From Psammoneis japonica (taxonomy: Eukaryota): 64,000 bases of DNA. Made by a program: the position numbers and the translations under genes. The notes beneath the pieces were generated by a model. That model saw only the letters and a program-made list of their open reading frames with translations, ran no database searches and was not told the origin of the DNA. Positions 1 to 12,942 of this stretch are shown piece after piece (position 1 is the first letter of the stretch; each line of letters opens with the position of its first letter). Where the stretch lies: assembly GCA_008632985.1 (NCBI GenBank), contig QPGO01000023.1, forward strand, positions 62,001-126,000. The letters are read 5' to 3'.

Positions 1-1
1 A

Positions 2-808
2 TCGGAGATTCTCCCCCGTTTCTTCAAGCGGGCAAAGTTCTCAAGCTTCACACGCAAGCTCAACCGATATGGCTTCAAACGAGTCAGCAATGGCAATACC
101 GCCTCAGGAGGCGGGGCCTTCTTCCATCCGCTATTTCAGCGCAACAATCCCGACTTGTGCCTACAAATAACTTGCAAGAAACCGGGTAGTCCAGCACAGG
201 GAGATGAGATGCCACCAATGATAATGATGCCACCGTCCTCGCCAACGACGGGGAGAAAACGAAAACTGGAAGCGGATGAAAGTCTTGAGCCGTCGCCCTT
301 CCCTCCTGGTGGTAATCTAGGGTCTATGCTGATGCATTCGTTGCCCGGGCAGCCGGATATCGGAGGACTGCCGCTGTATTCACAAGCCAACATGGGAGCC
401 GGAATGAATAATATGATGCCTCCAGGTCTTCAAGGAAACTGGATGTTACAGCAACAACTGCTTATGCAGCAGCAACAGCAGCAGCAGCAACAACAGTTGC
501 TTCACCAGAATATGCTGCAACAAAGAACGTTTCCTCAACTTGGTCATGTACCGCACACTGGTACTTCCGATTTGCTAAACCAAATGAACGTAGGCGCCAT
601 GGGTGGAGGAAGTCTTGCGGATGTGCAGCAATCTTTACATCGTCGAGAGCAGTTGCTCGCTGACTTGGAAATGCAGCAACAGCAGTTGGCAGCACTGCAG
701 CAACAGCTGCAGCAGCAGCAACAGATGCAGCAGCCTGAGCGTGCCCTGGGTGATGGCACGTCGGACAATTCAGCGGGAGACTTGGACAGCGAGGATAGGC
801 TTCGATAA
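2..808 (+). CDS. Heat-shock-factor-type transcription factor, 3' part (5'-truncated by window), Gln-rich tail
   Basis: Frame from nt 2 reads SEILPRFFKRAKFSSFTRKLNRYGFKRV...FFHPLFQRNNPDLC (HSF DNA-binding signature) and continues into ORF 155..808 with polyQ. Confidence 0.9.
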   Translation, partial: SEILPRFFKRAKFSSFTRKLNRYGFKRVSNGNTASGGGAFFHPLFQRNNPDLCLQITCKKPGSPAQGDEMPPMIMMPPSSPTTGRKRKLEADESLEPSPFPPGGNLGSMLMHSLPGQPDIGGLPLYSQANMGAGMNNMMPPGLQGNWMLQQQLLMQQQQQQQQQQLLHQNMLQQRTFPQLGHVPHTGTSDLLNQMNVGAMGGGSLADVQQSLHRREQLLADLEMQQQQLAALQQQLQQQQQMQQPERALGDGTSDNSAGDLDSEDRLR

Positions 809-1209
809 CTTATGTTGGGGTATGATTTACGATACGATTGCAACCAGAGGGAGCGATTGTCAACCTTTGTGACTGGTAATATATAACTGGCGCCATTTAG
901 GGAGGTATCTCTATTGCTGATTTCCAGTTTAGCCGGATGCAACTCTTCTTCGTCGAGGGTTGATTAGATTAGATTTTGGATGATTCTTTCACTGGTTAGT
1001 CAACTTTGATCTGTGTTAGTGGTGTCAGTGACGATTCGAAGTCATCGTACGCAGTAGATGCTGGGTGTTGTCAGCTGTTCTTGTTTTTGCAGCGCAACAA
1101 CCATTTCAGGTTTTCTCCTCGCGCCACCATCCGTCCGCCGTCCGCAGGATTTGAGCCGTTTTGGGTGCTGCTGTGAGGCCCAACCATGTGGTGCCACGTG
1201 TAATTACGA

Positions 1210-3060
1210 AACCCCGTTTTCAATTTTCAACAAAAAGCACACATCGACACCCACTGATGTCTTGCGAATGCAAAGTTCCCGACAAATGTTGGGGTCACAA
1301 GCAGAGGGTCGCATCAGCCATGGAGCCATCACCAAAATTTGTCCTTTGTTGCATTTTCCCAAGCAATTTTTTGGTGCTCCAAGAAAAGCCGGCTCTCCAC
1401 CCTCAAATGCCCAACACCACCATGAACAATGTGTGTGCCTGGTCCATTCTTACAAGGCACTGGTTTAAAGTCTGGGAAACCAAAAACACTTGTGTCTTCA
1501 GCATTTCTGTCTCTGCTGGGGGGTCAAACTCTGGTGGGGTGCAATGAAGTCAAATGCGGCTGCTGGACCCTTTCCCAAAACTGAGACACTTCAACGCAAA
1601 ACCCGCTTCACAGCTGTGCTCTGTTTTGCAACTCATTGTTGACCTCATGACAACTGCATTTTGCCTCTTTCATGCCATGCTTTTGTGCTTTCAGCTTCTG
1701 CATTTTGCACCCATCTCTGCTTCCAATCTGGAGCAAATGTGCACAACTTCCACTGGCCAAAAAATGTTCTGTGGGGCAACAGCATCAAACAGCACACCAT
1801 TTTGTCAACGTTGCTTCTCTGCTCTTTTTTCACCACACACCAAGAAACTGTTGACAAACTTTGCTTCACTCTGTGTGTTTGTTCTCTCCACAGTTTGGCT
1901 CTCTCCAAGTCAAAAATGCCAAGACGGAGCAGCGCTGCAGTTGCTTCCTCAAAGTCACAAAATGTTCCTTGTTCCTTGGAGCCAAGGGGTCAACCAGCAC
2001 TTGAGAGCCACCCCCTGGTGCAAGTCCTTTGCTTGTGTGAGTTGATGGGCCAGAGCTCTTGTCTTGAGCCACTGCATTCTTGCAACATTGTGTGTGCACT
2101 CACACGCCAATGTGCCTCAAGAAGCTGCAAGTGACAAAGACTGCCACAATGACTGACATCAGCAACTTCTTGACCAACTGCAGATTGAACAACCAGCGCC
2201 ACTTGAGGCACAAGGTTCAAAACAAGAGTGGAGTCTAGCTCTTCTGTCTTGTTTTTTGTAATCAAAAACTTCTCATTCTTGTCAAGTCTTTGGCATGTGT
2301 TCATTTGTGTTGGCCCCAGTGCAAAGACAAGTCACTTTTTTTGTTGGTTGTTGAGTGGCCCAGCTTTGTTCTTAGAATTTGGAAATTGGCACAAATCTGA
2401 TCACTCCTGCTTTGCTGTCTGCTGCTTTTGCAAGTTCAGTCTCTTCACCCTGAAATGTCACATGCACAAACACTGCAATTTTCTCAACCACTGCCAAGAT
2501 GACCTCTTGCACTTGCATTTGCTCAAACCGCCACTGTTTTGAACATTTGTTGAGTGATCTCAGCACACTTCTTCCAACTTCAATGCAGTGGTGCCAAAAA
2601 CAAGGTGTGTTTTTGGTGGGTGCAAATTAGCACATTGTGACATGGCACTTTATGAATGACCGAATTGGCACATTTGTCAATGACTTGCCTCTCAAACAGA
2701 CTCCAGCAGTTGGTGTCAACATGTCAAATGCTTTCTTGCAAAAAAAAAAAACCATCATCAGCGTGAGGATTTGATCATCGGTGCATTCATCTGGAATGCA
2801 CCTGCTGTGCCAGTTTGGAGTTGTGTGCTTGAAGAAGCTGTGTGCCACAACAACAACAATGACAAAGATGTGGTGAGGTTTGCAGTCTTCCAAAAATGAG
2901 ATGACATGCTGCAAATTGTGCTCATGTGGCGCCACTCACCTCCTTGAAGACACACAGAAGCCAATGAGCCTCCCCACCTGCACTCATTGCCACCTTGTTG
3001 TTTTGTTGTAGAAGTGGTTTCTTGGTCAACAAAACCTGTGGGTGTCATGCATTTCTGGGC
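1210..3060. other. TpA-depleted, TG/CA-rich hypermutated tract A (degraded repeat or pseudogene of unknown origin)
   Basis: Manual count gives about 8 TpA in ~1.85 kb, none between ~1468 and ~2235. CpG is also scarce. Flanks have normal TpA. Confidence 0.85.
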
Positions 3061-3462
3061 AGCAGATTAATCCCAGTGATGGAGAACTGTACGAGAAAAG
3101 AGCTAAGTACAGCACAGTTGCACCCGAGATCACAAGCGTGCATTTGCGACATGCAGAACTAGGGTTTTCAGTGTGGAATTACATTTCGCTTCTTCCAGAG
3201 CTTTCCTTCTACTACCTTGCGCTATGACTTCTTCACGAGGGCGCTATTGTCTGTCTACCGGCGCAGAAACGTGTACAGAGGCAGCAGTTGTCATGAACCA
3301 ATCGCGAACACAAGCGGGAATTTCTAAGAAATCAACTCTAGAACTCGTAACACCCAAACGTCCAGAACAACCTCCGTGGTTGCAATTCTTTCGAATGGTT
3401 CTAATGCATTGATTTGGTCCGCACGTACATACTATGTAGCCCGTGCGCAGCTAAGAATTTTG

Positions 3463-5838
3463 TCACGGCATTCTTCTCTGACGGCTTGCCGCATGAATCT
3501 GCTCATCGTTGATCTGTTGCCGGAGTTCATCGATTTCTGTTTGAAGCATTGCAACTGTGCTGCGTGCGTCCTCAGCTTCAACAAGAGGACGATGTGTAAC
3601 TGATGCTCGCCGAAGTGCTTCAAGCTGAGCTCGTAGTTCAAAAATTTGCTCCTGCATGTCCGTATTTGAATGTGCAAGTTCGGCCTGAACCAGGACGGGG
3701 GGCGACTCTGTTTCTGATGCGGGCGGAACGGGCACCTCTAGTTCTGCGGGAGTGTCTGCACTAAAAACGGAAGGTTCCTCGCCATCGTTTAAAGCCCAGT
3801 TGCGTCGTATGACTCGCTCCCCAGAAACGGCATAGGCTCCGGCACCGTATTGCTCTTTGTTTTGTTGCCGAGCTGACCTCTGCTGGCTGTAACTTCGAAC
3901 CGCCGGTTGCATTTCCTCTCCTTGATGACGAGACGCCTGCTGTGGAATCTGATGGAACGCTTCTTCTAGCCTCGTACTTAACTCGCCAAGGCTTTCTTCA
4001 CGGATCGCTTGAGGTGTATCCAGATCCATGTTGTGACGTGGTGCGTATACCGTAGCCACTGGTTCAATATCTCTTCCAGTTTCTCCAGGGCTTGATGGAG
4101 TCTGTATTTCGTCTAGTGTCATCGCTAAATCGGCACCGTTGTCTTGAACGTTTTCATTAGATCGCCGTTGTTTGCGACGTCTATTATACAGGAGAACGAC
4201 AACACATGCCATGCCAACAGCAACAAACGCTCCCACAGTGGCACCCACAACAATGCCCATATCACCGTTCGAACCTGAACCACCCAGCATGGTTTCCGTC
4301 GAATTTGGAGGCGAAGGTTTCGTTGTTAGCGGTTTCAAGGTGGGAGCTTCTGAAGAGGGTACCGAAGCAGTTGGGGCGGCGGAGGAATAATCCATTTCAA
4401 CGGTCGGAGCTGCAGACGGAACGGCGGGTGACGCTGTGGAAAATCCACCCCCTTCGATAAGCATGCACGCCTCGTCACTGTCGGCTTCGACACACGAATC
4501 AAACGGAGCATCCGCCAGAGAGTCATCCGGTCCCAAGTTTGAATATGTGGCCATGAGACTGCATTTCGAGGTAATAGACGTGACTTGAGTATCGGATGAA
4601 ACCCCGGCACCAAAGAGTACCAAGACTGGCGCAGCCGAGGCGACACCATTATCGCCAAAGCAAGAGTCACGGATTGTGATATTTCCGCTTTCCTGAATAA
4701 CTAGGGTTGCCGCATTCTGTTTTTATCAATGTCGAAAATGAGATACAAGGACACAATTAGAAAACAATGTGAGAGGGAGTTGAGAAGGGCCACGGTGGTG
4801 CATGTCAGCGAGAAAAGACTTACATATGCTCCTGTCAGCGATTCTGAATAGGTGTTGTTGAAGAATCTGCATTTGTTCATAACAGTCACTGTTTCACCAT
4901 AGGTTGCAACGACAGTCGGAGTCCCGCCAAATCGGATAAGATCTACGACGGAATTGTGCTGGAAAAGAAAAAGGAGAAAGAAACAAAGAAAGCAGTTAGT
5001 GAAACAACGCATGAAGCAAACAATGTAGATATTGTGATACACGCCACAGCCCTCCGTACCTGGAATAGGCAATTCTCGTAGGTAATTTCGAGAATGTCGT
5101 CCGGCCTGGGTTCACGATAGACAGGACTAAACTGTTGCAACGACCTGCCTCTTCTCCAAGGTACATTCAGAGGCGGCATTGTTGTTGTTGTTGTTTGCGC
5201 TTCGATTCCTGGGAGACTCTTTGTGGCGGCTCTACTCTCTGGAAAGAACCGAGAAGGAAACCAAGAGGCGATACTCGGGGCAATGTTTGACATGTACTGA
5301 CGAGATCATAGAGCAAATGGGCAAGATTGTGAGAACACTTATTTATAACTTTTTCCATAGCCACCCCCATATCCACGGTACTCACCTCAAAGATACAGTC
5401 GTTATAGGTGAAATTTCCAGGCAGGACCAAAATCGACCCGTGCACCAAAAAGTTCCTAAAGCGCAATCCCGAAAAGTAGACATTGAATAAGAATTCAAAG
5501 CCAAAGAGTTCCTGAAACGCGACAATGCCAAAGCTCCCTCCGTTGAGCGTGCAATTGTTGGTGGACCTTCCGTCCCTACCGCACTTGATATGCATGTTGG
5601 CACGGACTGCGAGCGGCGTCATGTTTCCCAGAAGCTGCCCTTGGTTGTCGGTAAAAGAAATGTCCATCTCTGTATTGGGACAGATGACATACTCCCGCAC
5701 CTGTTGAACATCTGCAAAGTCTTCAATTAAGCCAATCTCTGTAAAGTTCGTGTAGCACCTCTCCCCTCCATCCGTTTGCGCCTTAACCTGGTTGATTAGC
5801 AAAGTGCCAAGAACCAACGGTGCAAATAGACTCCTCAT
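3463..5838 (-). CDS. Multi-exon type I membrane protein: signal peptide, Cys-containing ectodomain, Ser/Pro/Thr stalk, TM helix, cytoplasmic tail
   Basis: ORFs 5167..5838 (MRSLFAPLVLGTLL..., YVICPNT, IKCGRDGRSTNNCTLNGG), 4943..5293, 4701..5072 and 3463..4623 (TM IVVGATVGAFVAVGMACVVVLLY then RRRK). A GT donor is seen at 5385; other junctions are approximate. Confidence 0.75.
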
Positions 5839-6227
5839 TGTAGCAAACCGGTACAGTAGGGCTTCAGATTGTTGCTTATTGGTTAGGGTATTGTTGCTTT
5901 TGGTCCTCTTTCTACTCTCTACTCTAGAGAGCTAGAGGTAGACTTGCGATCCAAATGGATCGATCTGTAGCGCCGCTTCTCATATTTCTCCCTTATTCTC
6001 CCGGATCCGCGATCCGCGTTTCATACATGCTTTTTAGTGTATTTTTGCGATCGAGCCTTGAGCCTTGCGAGCGAGCGAATCATCCTCATCTTGAGAATCT
6101 TGTCTGCTGGTGGAATCCGGCTCGCCGATTCACAGGAACTCGCCTCTTTTGGGGCCTCACCCAGATTCGAATCGGAGACTGGCTCGAGATGTGGTGCCCT
6201 TTGTCGTCTGCCTCTGCTGCCTTTTTA

Positions 6228-7799
6228 CAGCACTGCTCTTTGTGCAAGAACTCTCTGCTCCTCTTCCTCCTGGCGCCAACAACAAGCGAGCTGCCGAGCT
6301 GCCGTGTCAGCTGCTGCCTCTCCCTGCCAACCTGACACCGCGCCAGTGTTGTGACATCTCCCAAGAAGGACAGGACTGTCCCCATGGAGATCAAACACCA
6401 CAAAGCCTTCAACTTGGCAGGCCAACAAGGTCAGCGGCTGTGATGGTGCCATGCTGTTGGGGCCAGCTCAAAGGCCCCATGCTTCCACCCCAGTGGAGAG
6501 GAGCTCACCTTGCTGGTGGCCAAGCTCACCACTGGTGGGGCAGAGCCACATGGTGGAAACTGATTTCCTTGTGTGCAGCAGCTGTGTTTTGAATCAAGAA
6601 GAACAAGGGTGGAGCTGTGACAGTGCATTTGCCCACCCCTGACTTGGGGATGTGGGGGGCCCGCGATGCCGGGCTGTGACAATGACGTTTTTTTGTTTTG
6701 TGCCACATGTTGCACATTTTGCATTGTTGCGCAGTGCAGTTGTCGGGCAATGATCCACTCAACACCTTTTTTGACATTTTTTTGCACAAAGCAGTTTTTG
6801 AATGTGTTTGCAGAATGGTGCACAGCACAGGCAGATTTTCAAAAATTTCAAGCGTGAAGAAGCACAGCTGCGCTGCAAACTTGGTCATTTGTTCAGATGC
6901 AGAAGAAGAACACACACTCATTCTTGCCCACCAGCATGCTGCTGTGGCACTTTTGCACACAGAACTCTGCACAGGCCCACTTTGCATGCAGTCCCGCCCA
7001 GGCCCAGAAAAACCATCTGATGTGAAATCCGATTGTTCCTCATGTGGAGCAAACATTTGTCACTGTGACACAGTGCCATTGCCATGTGGGTGATCATCTT
7101 GAGCAGGCCCGCATGTTTGGTGACTTGAGAAGAAATGCTGTGTGACACATCACCAAGATGCTGGTTTCTCAATTTGTTGATTTTTGCCCCACTTGCAACA
7201 AGATGCAGCCATCCATGTGGGCATCAGCTCAAGGGGTCAGCAAGGTCCCTTGCCACCCCCCACTCCTCCTCAGAAACTCAATCTCTGCTCACAGCATGTC
7301 TCCCTCAAGGTGCACCCTGCTCCAACTCTGGCACCAGCTCCCATGAACCCCACCAGGTGCTGCCTCTGCAGAGTTTCTGTGCACTCTCTCCTCCTCTTTC
7401 ATGCCTTGGTGCTCAGCCTGCGGATCTGCAATGACTTCTTCCAGCAAAGCAAGCCTGGCTTCCATGGAGATGGGTCTGGTGCTGCCAGGGTCTGCAGGTG
7501 ATGCTTCCTCCTCCCTTGTTGTTTCTTCCTCTTCCTTCTGAAATGCGCGCCTCTTGTTCTTGATGAGGATCTTCGTGCGCCCCCTTGCCCATCTTCATTG
7601 CTTGGCCAGAAGGGAGCCTGCCAACACACCTCTCTCATTGGCAGGTTCTGAAATGCAACCCTTCAATGCACAGGATGAGCTGCAAGCTGCCACAGACGCT
7701 TGGCTGTTCCACACAGAGGGCCCGGCCATCAACCGGGAAAAGTGCGATGGCGGGGCCCAGAGAGTGGGCGCAACGAAAATGCTGTTGTTGGCTTGTTCG
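6228..7799. other. Hypermutated tract B, with no TpA over ~1.57 kb
   Basis: Line-by-line scan found no TA dinucleotide between the TA at ~6226 and the one at 7800. Confidence 0.9.
7030..7205 (+). pseudogene. Remnant of an integrase-type H2C2 zinc-binding domain
   Basis: Translates IVPHVEQTFVTVTQCHCHVGDHLEQARMFGDLRRNAV*HITKMLVSQFVDFCPTCNK, i.e. H..H...IT...V..FV..CPTC, with an internal TGA. Confidence 0.5.
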
Positions 7800-8139
7800 T
7801 AGCGCTGCACTGGCTCTTGGGCAAAGATTGCCCAGACTCGCTTCTCAAAAGTGTGGTGGTTGCCTTCATTCCTACCTGTAGGGTTGCCATCTTGTAGCGG
7901 CCACTGCCTTCCAGGCAGCGGTGAGGCACAAAAAATCTTGTAACGCACGACATCGATCGACAGTCAAAGACAATCCGTCCGCCGTCCGCAGAGTGAGAGC
8001 CGAGAGCCGATGCGGGATACGGTATGTGACAAAGAATTAAAAATAAAGAATAAATTGATGGGGTATCATAATCATACTGTAGTTACTCTCTTGAGCAGGA
8101 AAAGGCTTCTTCTTTCGACAAGTAAGCAACGCCACTCCC

Positions 8140-9867
8140 ATGTCGAGCGATACACCGCCACCGTCAAAGAATAAGCCCCTTACAATAGGAGTTTTCGGTG
8201 GCAGTTTCAACCCGATTCACCTCGGCCATGCTCTTCTCGCCATTACAACGCAGCAGACAAAGGCTGTCGATCAGGTCGTGTTGGTGCCTGTGTACAAGCA
8301 TGCTGTAAAGAAGGATCTTTTGCCTTTTGAAGACCGTGTCAACATGTGTCGACTTGCGGTGGAACACTTTGGTGGCGGAGTCACTGTGTCAACAGTAGAG
8401 CAAGAGGTTGGAGCATCCAACGGAGCCATGCTTCGCGGTCTCAAGAAGAAGTATCCAGAAGGAACCAAATTCATGTACATTTGTGGAGACGACTTTTTCG
8501 GATGGATGCACCGCCCAAAAGGGTTGGAAACTTTACAAGAAGTATCAGGATTGATTGTACAGCGCAGGCTCCATCGAAAAACGAGTGATGATGAAGATGG
8601 GAGCGAGTTCTTCAAGGAGCCCGTGGACGAGACAAAGATTCGTCAGATTGCAATTAAAATGGACTTGGAGATTGATTTTATCTATGGCGAACTTCCACAC
8701 TTTTCATCTACCTTGGTACGAAGAGCTCCTGGAAATTGGCGGTCCTTTTTGACCCAATCAGTCGTCAAGTACTTGGACGAACGTCCACACCTATTGAAGC
8801 AGCTCATTGCCAATTTGGAAGCAGATGCCGAAAAAGAAGCAGAAAAAAAGCAGTCAAGCGCTCTACGAGAGAGATCACAGTCCTCGATTGAATTTATGGC
8901 CGTGCTGCAACTATTGTATTGAGAGGTCTGGAGGCCGTTCACCTGCTACAGTTTGAGCGTGGTCACACTGGATTACGTCTCTCCCTTGGATCAGGCCACC
9001 TGAAAGCTCTCGAAGAAACGCAGGGCAACACTGACAATCTAGTCAAGGAAATATTGAATGCACAAGTCGACGTATCAGAACTCGAAGAGTTTGATGAGGC
9101 ACGTGCGCTTGCAGCGGAACTCAAAAACATCCCAATATGGTTGGATTGCGATCGCCTGATCCTCAAAAAGCGTGGAGAACACTTGTCCAGCCTACAAGGT
9201 CCGGACGGCTGGGCTGCGCGATTGGCACTTGTGGAAAAGTTCAACCCCAGGATTGATGTATTGATTGGCGCAACGAGTAGGTTTACAATTTAGTTATTAT
9301 TGTTGCCGCGGTTGCTTCTCGCCTGCCTAATCCAAATTTCCCCCCTTTATCTTTTGCTCAGTTCGGGCTCTCACCGAAATCCTAGAGCTTTCCCATAGCC
9401 GTGGGGACAGCGCTGCATCATCCAGTACAGACGTCCCTGAGCTTTTGCAGAAGTGGTGCGAAGGAAAAGAAGCACTTGGACGCCAGCGTGCCTTTGTTTG
9501 CTCTGGCGGACCGTCTGTGCCACAAATTGTGCGCAGCTCACTAAAACTACGAGAGAGGCTGAATTTGACGATTGACACCAAGGAACGATGCATTGATCGA
9601 GTCTTATCGTTAGAAGCGGGGATGTCGTCAAGGATGGCAGCACCGGATACTCTTCACAAACTGCTCGAAAAAGTGACGGCATGTGAATATGCCTTGATGG
9701 GTTGTTTTGCGGCCAGCACGCCCCTTCGTTTGGTCCACAAGGTGCTAGCTGAGCAAAATCATAGTGAATTTGACGTGGTGGAGTTTTTTGAAGCTTCATC
9801 GTCTGCCATTGACTTTTTGCTGAGTTTTGCCAAGGCACTTGCGGCATCCGCCTGCGCAAGTGCTTAA
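8140..9867 (+). CDS. Nicotinate-nucleotide adenylyltransferase-like (cytidylyltransferase fold) domain fused to a nitrate/nitrite-sensing NIT-like domain
   Basis: N-terminal FGGSFNPIHLGH, ICGDD and SSTLVR motifs; downstream VHLLQFERGHTG and KEALGRQRA match the NIT motifs. One-base frameshift near 8893; intron 9277..9361. Confidence 0.75.
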
Positions 9868-10033
9868 AAAAATGACAAGGTTCCTCCCATTGCATATCAT
9901 TCCTGAGCATACCATCATGCCGTCAAACAGTAGTAAATTGTACATATTGTAAATATTTCATGTTCGCCTTTACAACAACTCGCGTTGTCAGTTGGCTGTC
10001 CGAACATCATCCTCGCGGGAGTTTCATCTTGTT

Positions 10034-10730
10034 CATTACAGTAAAACGTAGCCATACTGCCGCTTCTTGTGCTCAAAATTGAAATCTCCGTGCTTGACAA
10101 TGGGCCGGAGCTATGACAGGGGCCTTGATAAGACCGCGTTTCTCAAAGAGAGCCGTGACCGCATCCGCGTCCAATGTGTTCCTAAAAAAAAGCCACACCA
10201 TGCTTTGAACTTGACGGTACGACAGCTTCATCTCGTCTCCATTACAGTAAAAACGTAGCCATACGCCGCTTCTAGAGTGTTTGTAGCAGTACTCAAAAAG
10301 TGAAATCTCCATGCTTGACATTGGTCAGAAACAATTTGTGGGCCGAAGCCATGGTTGGGGCCTTGGTGCAATCGCGCTTTTCCAAGAGCGCTGCGACCGC
10401 ATCCAATTTGTTGCTCCGGACTGTTACAAGAAGCCCCAACATGTTTCAAACTTGGCGGTATGAGAGCTTCACTTCGTCTCCATTACAGCAAAGCGTAGGC
10501 CTAGCCATACGCCGCTTCTAGAGTGTTCGCAGAAGCACTCAAAAGATGAAATCTCCATGTTTGAAATTAGCCAGAAACAATCCATGGGCCGGAGTCACGG
10601 CTGGGGCCTTGGTGCGATCGCGTTTCTCCAAGAGCGCCGTGACCGTAAAGGCATCCAAAATATTGCTCCCGACTGTTACAAGCAGCCCCACCATGTTTCG
10701 AACTTGGCGGTACAAGAAAACGTTAACCGT
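10034..10730 (-). pseudogene. Three tandem ~210-245 bp fragments of the 3' end of a TruA-family tRNA pseudouridine synthase gene
   Basis: Minus strand of 10539..10730 reads FLYRQVRNMVGLLVTVGS...LLEKRDRTKAPAVTPAHGLFL, the TruA C-terminal signature. Degenerate copies start near 10034, 10240 and 10481. Confidence 0.75.
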
Positions 10731-10781
10731 AATGCATTTATTGACTAGACACGCATTGGATGGCAAAAAGCAAAATTCTTG

Positions 10782-11068
10782 GAGGTCTAATAAATTACCA
10801 GTCTAATGGTTTTCTCAAAAAAGCATTAGACCTCTAATAATTTTTTATCTAGACCTCAGACCTCGAGGTCTAATGGTTTCTGCAGAAAAAGTATTAGACC
10901 TCTAATAATTTTTTATCTAGACCTCAGACCTCGAGGCCTAATGGTTTCTGCCGAAAAAGTATTAGACCTCTAATAATTTTTTATCTAGACCTCAGACCTC
11001 GAGGTCTAATGGTTTCTTCGAAAAAGCATTAGACAAATAATGGGTTTTTATCTGGAGCTTGGACCTCG
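10782..11068. repeat. Tandem array of 68-bp units (~4 copies), each with a GAGGTCTAAT...ATTAGACCTC hairpin
   Basis: Unit starts at 10865, 10933 and 11001 (period 68), with a partial first unit near 10798. Confidence 0.9.
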
Positions 11069-11221
11069 TACAGTAGATTTTTGAAATCTCAAATTCTGAC
11101 ATCTGCAATCATCTTTTGCGTCACGAAGAATCGCATCAACACGAACCCGAACCTCCCCATCACACAAAACATCAAAGATACCGGGGTTCAATCACCATAC
11201 TACAGTACAAAATCACCAACA

Positions 11222-12305
11222 ATGACTTGGACAACACTACACGACGCTGCGGAGCACTTGAATGTGGAAACGGCCTTGTACAGGGCCAAGCATAATCCTG
11301 AAGAGCTATGCAGCGTAGATGAGCACGGCTCAACTCCTCTGCATCTCGTTTGTTGGAAGCAGGACCCGCCTCTGGAACTCGTTCAGGGACTCATTGACGA
11401 GTGTCCTCAAACCGTATCGGGTCAAGATACCAACGGCGATACTCCTCTTCACGTGGCTCTTACGTTTTCCAAAGTAAAGCCCGAGTTGGTAAAGGTCTTG
11501 CTGGATGCCTGCCCCACGGTTACGTCTATTCACAACAAGGAGGGACTCTATCCCTTACACCAAGCGTGCCGTTACTGCGCTTCGAACGATCGGGTCATTG
11601 GCTTGTTGCTCGAGGCGTACCCGTATGCTACAAGATCTCGCACCAAGGTGAGTCTTTCATATGATAGGGTATGCTCACGTCATTTCACAGTATCTGTTAT
11701 GAATTCTGAACAATCCCTATTGCTGTTTCAATGCATCAGATGGGCGAGTTGCCTCCGAAAAAGCATTTTCGCGACCCGCTAAAGGAAGCGCGGCCCACGG
11801 ATCATTTTATTCTGGATGCTGGTTCACCCAGGACGGTCACAAACGCCTTTGAATTGCGTTTTCAAGAAATGGGTGTTCAAATCCGCAGCGGTTCGTATCC
11901 CCTTCACATGGCTATTGGCGCAGGAGCACCACGGGCGGTTGTAGAAATGCTTATTGTGGAAGCACCTCTGGTCATTACGTGGACTGACAAGCATGGAAAT
12001 ACGGCGTTGCATGTGGCTGTGGCGCAACAGAACCGTGACAATGTCAGCTCCGTGCTTGAGGCGCTCTTGGCTACAGAAGAGGGGCGGCAAGCCGTACGCA
12101 TGGTGGATAAGGCCAATAGGAACCTTCCGTTGCACACGGCCGTCTTACATGGATGCACGGATCAGGTTGCCAAACAGTTGCTACTGGAGTACCCAGAATC
12201 GATTCATGTGGAGAATGCGCATCACAAGACTCCACTGATTTGGCTCGTGACAAATGCAGCCCCGACGTGATTGCCTTGTTGGAAATTAGCAACGAGTCAG
12301 AGTAA
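11222..12305 (+). CDS. Ankyrin-repeat protein
   Basis: Repeated TPLH/YPLH/TALH/LPLH ankyrin motifs; intron 11648..11739. A probable 1-nt deletion near 12237 would restore KTPLDLARDKCSPDVIALL...TAA at 12303-12305. Confidence 0.9.
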
Positions 12306-12942
12306 AATGACGGCGCGCATCAGAAGACATTCAAAATGCGTATTGACTCTTGTCGACACGCCTGGTTGGATAGGAGACGCAAATCCTCATGTACATATTC
12401 TGTAAAAACCCGAGACATACACATTACGGCATTGCTCATGTCGGATCCATACTGTAGATAAATCCTTAGTTAGAACAGACGCTTTAGCTGCTATGAAAAA
12501 CCGGCAGTGTCCTGAAACAGTTGCTTAGCTAATTTTTGTGCTCTATAAATAGCTCTCTTTGGAGCAAAAAGCTGGAGCACCGATGCGAAGCAGAATCCAC
12601 CGTCCTCTTATTGCAATGATCCTATTGACACCCATTGTACACTGTAGTACTTGGGTAACTGGGCGGCGGAGAGTTACCCCTGCAAGCCAAAGGTCGGTAA
12701 ACAAAACAACCTTAGATGGAGTCCCGATTTTGTAACCTCCCTTGTACCCCGACACTCGGCATTTTCTCTGTTTCTGGACTACGTACTCATGGACGAAAGC
12801 TATAGCTATGCCGGCAAACTTATTTCATCTGTCTGGCATAACAAGAAACCCAGAAAAAATATACCGAGAAGCAGCACATTTTGTTTTGATTGAATTTTAC
12901 TCAGCTATAGCAGTTAGCGATGCACAAACATATCTTAACGTT

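Noticed and set aside
1058..3048. Many overlapping 60-160 aa ORFs (also in 6.1-7.9, 26.6-29.7, 35.6-39.4 and 50-54.7 kb)
   Set aside because: Explained by loss of TAA/TAG stops in TpA-depleted DNA; no recognisable intact domains.
10782..11068. CRISPR-like repeat array
   Set aside because: Units are tandem with no unique spacers, the context is eukaryotic and no cas genes are present.
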